From Isurus oxyrinchus (lineage: Eukaryota): a stretch of DNA of 63,833 nucleotides. Below are positions 62,618 through 63,833 of this stretch, piece by piece. Both the position numbers and the translations under genes were made by a program. The notes below the pieces were generated by a model. It ran no database searches and was not told the DNA's origin. It worked only from the letters and a program-made list of their open reading frames with translations. Positions within the stretch are counted from its first letter, which is position 1, and every line of letters begins with the position of its first letter. The stretch is from positions 992,168 to 1,056,000 of the forward strand of contig JANJGN010000150.1 of the NCBI GenBank assembly GCA_026770705.1, read 5' to 3'.

Positions 62618-62914
62618 ATTTCACAGATAAACCCACGATATTTCCTGCTGAAATTATTGCAGGAAAGCGTGTGGATGTAAGATGCACCTTCAACACAACG
62701 TGCAATGGAACAGCAGCACCTGTCTTAACCTGGGACACTCCCACTGACGTACCTGGATCAGTCTCAAACACTGTAACTCAGCATGGTGTCACTCTGACCT
62801 ATACTTCTGTTCTGACCCTGATCCCATCACTCAAACACCACGGACACACTCTCAGCTGCAGAGTGAGATATCCATCTGTTTCATCGGAGCGGACCCTCGT
62901 ACTAACTGTGCAAT
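62618..62914 (+). CDS. Downstream Siglec-like gene: Ig domain 2 (C2-set) exon
   Basis: ctgttag acceptor, T|gtaagt donor, phase 1-1; DFTDKPTI...VRCTFNTTCNG...LTW...TSVLTLIPSLKHHGHTLSCRVRY...LVLTVQ, including the extra Cys expected for the Siglec D1-D2 disulfide. Confidence 0.93.
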
Positions 62915-63024
62915 GTAAGTATGGACATCCTTCATTCTACATTATCTTGAAAGGCCTACATCGTACACAGCAACTGCATTGTGCTTAATAACAAGTCAGT
63001 AGTCTTTAACTGATAGAAATTCAA

Positions 63025-63385
63025 CTCTGACACTGCAGCATAACCTCAGTAATGACCCCATGACAATGCAGCACTCTCATAGAACTGACCCTCCGACAGT
63101 GCAGTACTCCCTCAGTACTGACCCTCCAACAGTGCAGCACTCCCACATTACTGACCCTCTGACAGTGCAGCACTCCCTCAGTACTGACCCTCTGACAGTG
63201 CAGCACTCTCTCAGTACTGACCCTCGGACAGTGCAGTACTCCCTCAGTACTGACCCTCTGACAGTGCAGCACTCCCTCAGAACTGACCCTCTGACAGTGC
63301 AGCACTCCCTCATTACTGATCTTCGGACAGTGCAGTACTCCCTCAGTACTGACCCTCCAAATGTTCAGCACTCCCTTAGTACAGG
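63025..63385 (-). repeat. 33-bp minisatellite, same family as 3955-4205 in opposite orientation, ~11 copies, intronic
   Basis: (actgaccctctgacagtgcagcactccctcagt)n. Confidence 0.9.
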
Positions 63386-63515
63386 ACTGTAGTGACTGCC
63401 TCGATAATGTGCTTTGTGGTAATGGAATCGCCATTGATATCACACCTTTCACATTCTCAGGGTCTCTCAAATGTTTCACAGTCAATGTAAGTAACTGATC
63501 TATATTTGTTTTTAG

Positions 63516-63797
63516 ATGCACCACAGAATCTCTCAATTAATTCTCTTGATATGATTAACGCTTCATCGATCAATATAATTGAGGGGAATTCTGCAGTGAT
63601 AATCTGCTCTGTCGAGAGCTTCCCAGCTTCTAACCTGACGTGGCGACATCTTAATGTCCCAATGAACAGAACAAGTTCCAACAATGAGCTGTGGTTGGTG
63701 ATTCCTCACGTTACATCCAGGGACACTGGAGACTATCAGTGTGTGGCAGAGAATGAACATGGAGCAGTGGAGGGATTCATAGCCATCACTGTGGAAC
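63516..63797 (+). CDS. Downstream Siglec-like gene: Ig domain 3 (C2/I-set) exon; gene continues beyond the window
   Basis: ttgtttttag acceptor, C|gtgagt donor, phase 1-1; YAPQNLSI...EGNSAVIICSVESFPASNLTW...DTGDYQCVAENEHG...ITVE; absent from the ORF track because the frame runs off the window end. Confidence 0.93.
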
Positions 63798-63833
63798 GTG
63801 AGTTAACACAAACTGCAATAACACTCTCACATA

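Noticed and set aside
63021-63536. 171-aa minus-strand ORF and overlapping repetitive ORFs (also 3935-4252)
   Set aside because: Translations of the 33-bp minisatellite inside introns of the + strand genes.
61849-63797. Assigning a specific gene symbol (MAG, CD22, SIGLEC1, CD33)
   Set aside because: Family hallmarks are clear, but orthology cannot be established from a partial gene without phylogeny or synteny.

Overview
Vertebrate genomic DNA, most likely a cartilaginous fish (inferred from the repeat content: CR1-type LINE remnants, tRNA-derived SINEs sharing the LINE tail, a 33-bp 'STEGVLHCRRV' minisatellite). It is part of a tandem cluster of Siglec-like (sialic-acid-binding Ig-like lectin; MAG/CD22/CD33-related) genes on the + strand. 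At the left are the last three coding exons of one gene (TM exon, two cytoplasmic exons with Tyr motifs; 2024-4589). At the right are the V-set and two C2-set Ig exons of the next gene (61849-63797). Between them (~9699-59660) is a ~50-kb tandem array of 29 units of ~1.5-1.76 kb. Each unit copies the downstream gene's 5' end: an ETS/PU.1-motif-rich putative promoter, a non-coding first exon ending at a GTAAGT donor, and a signal-peptide (leader) exon, MIGKSYF[L/V/F]LSLLQ-G|gt, that splices in frame to the single V-set exon. 25 units keep the leader exon: 23 are intact (8 peptide variants), 1 has lost its start codon and 1 has a nonsense codon. 4 units have lost the leader exon by deletion. The units form a ~6.8-kb four-unit higher-order repeat. 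All gene structure is inferred from splice signals, reading frames and family motifs; there is no expression evidence.
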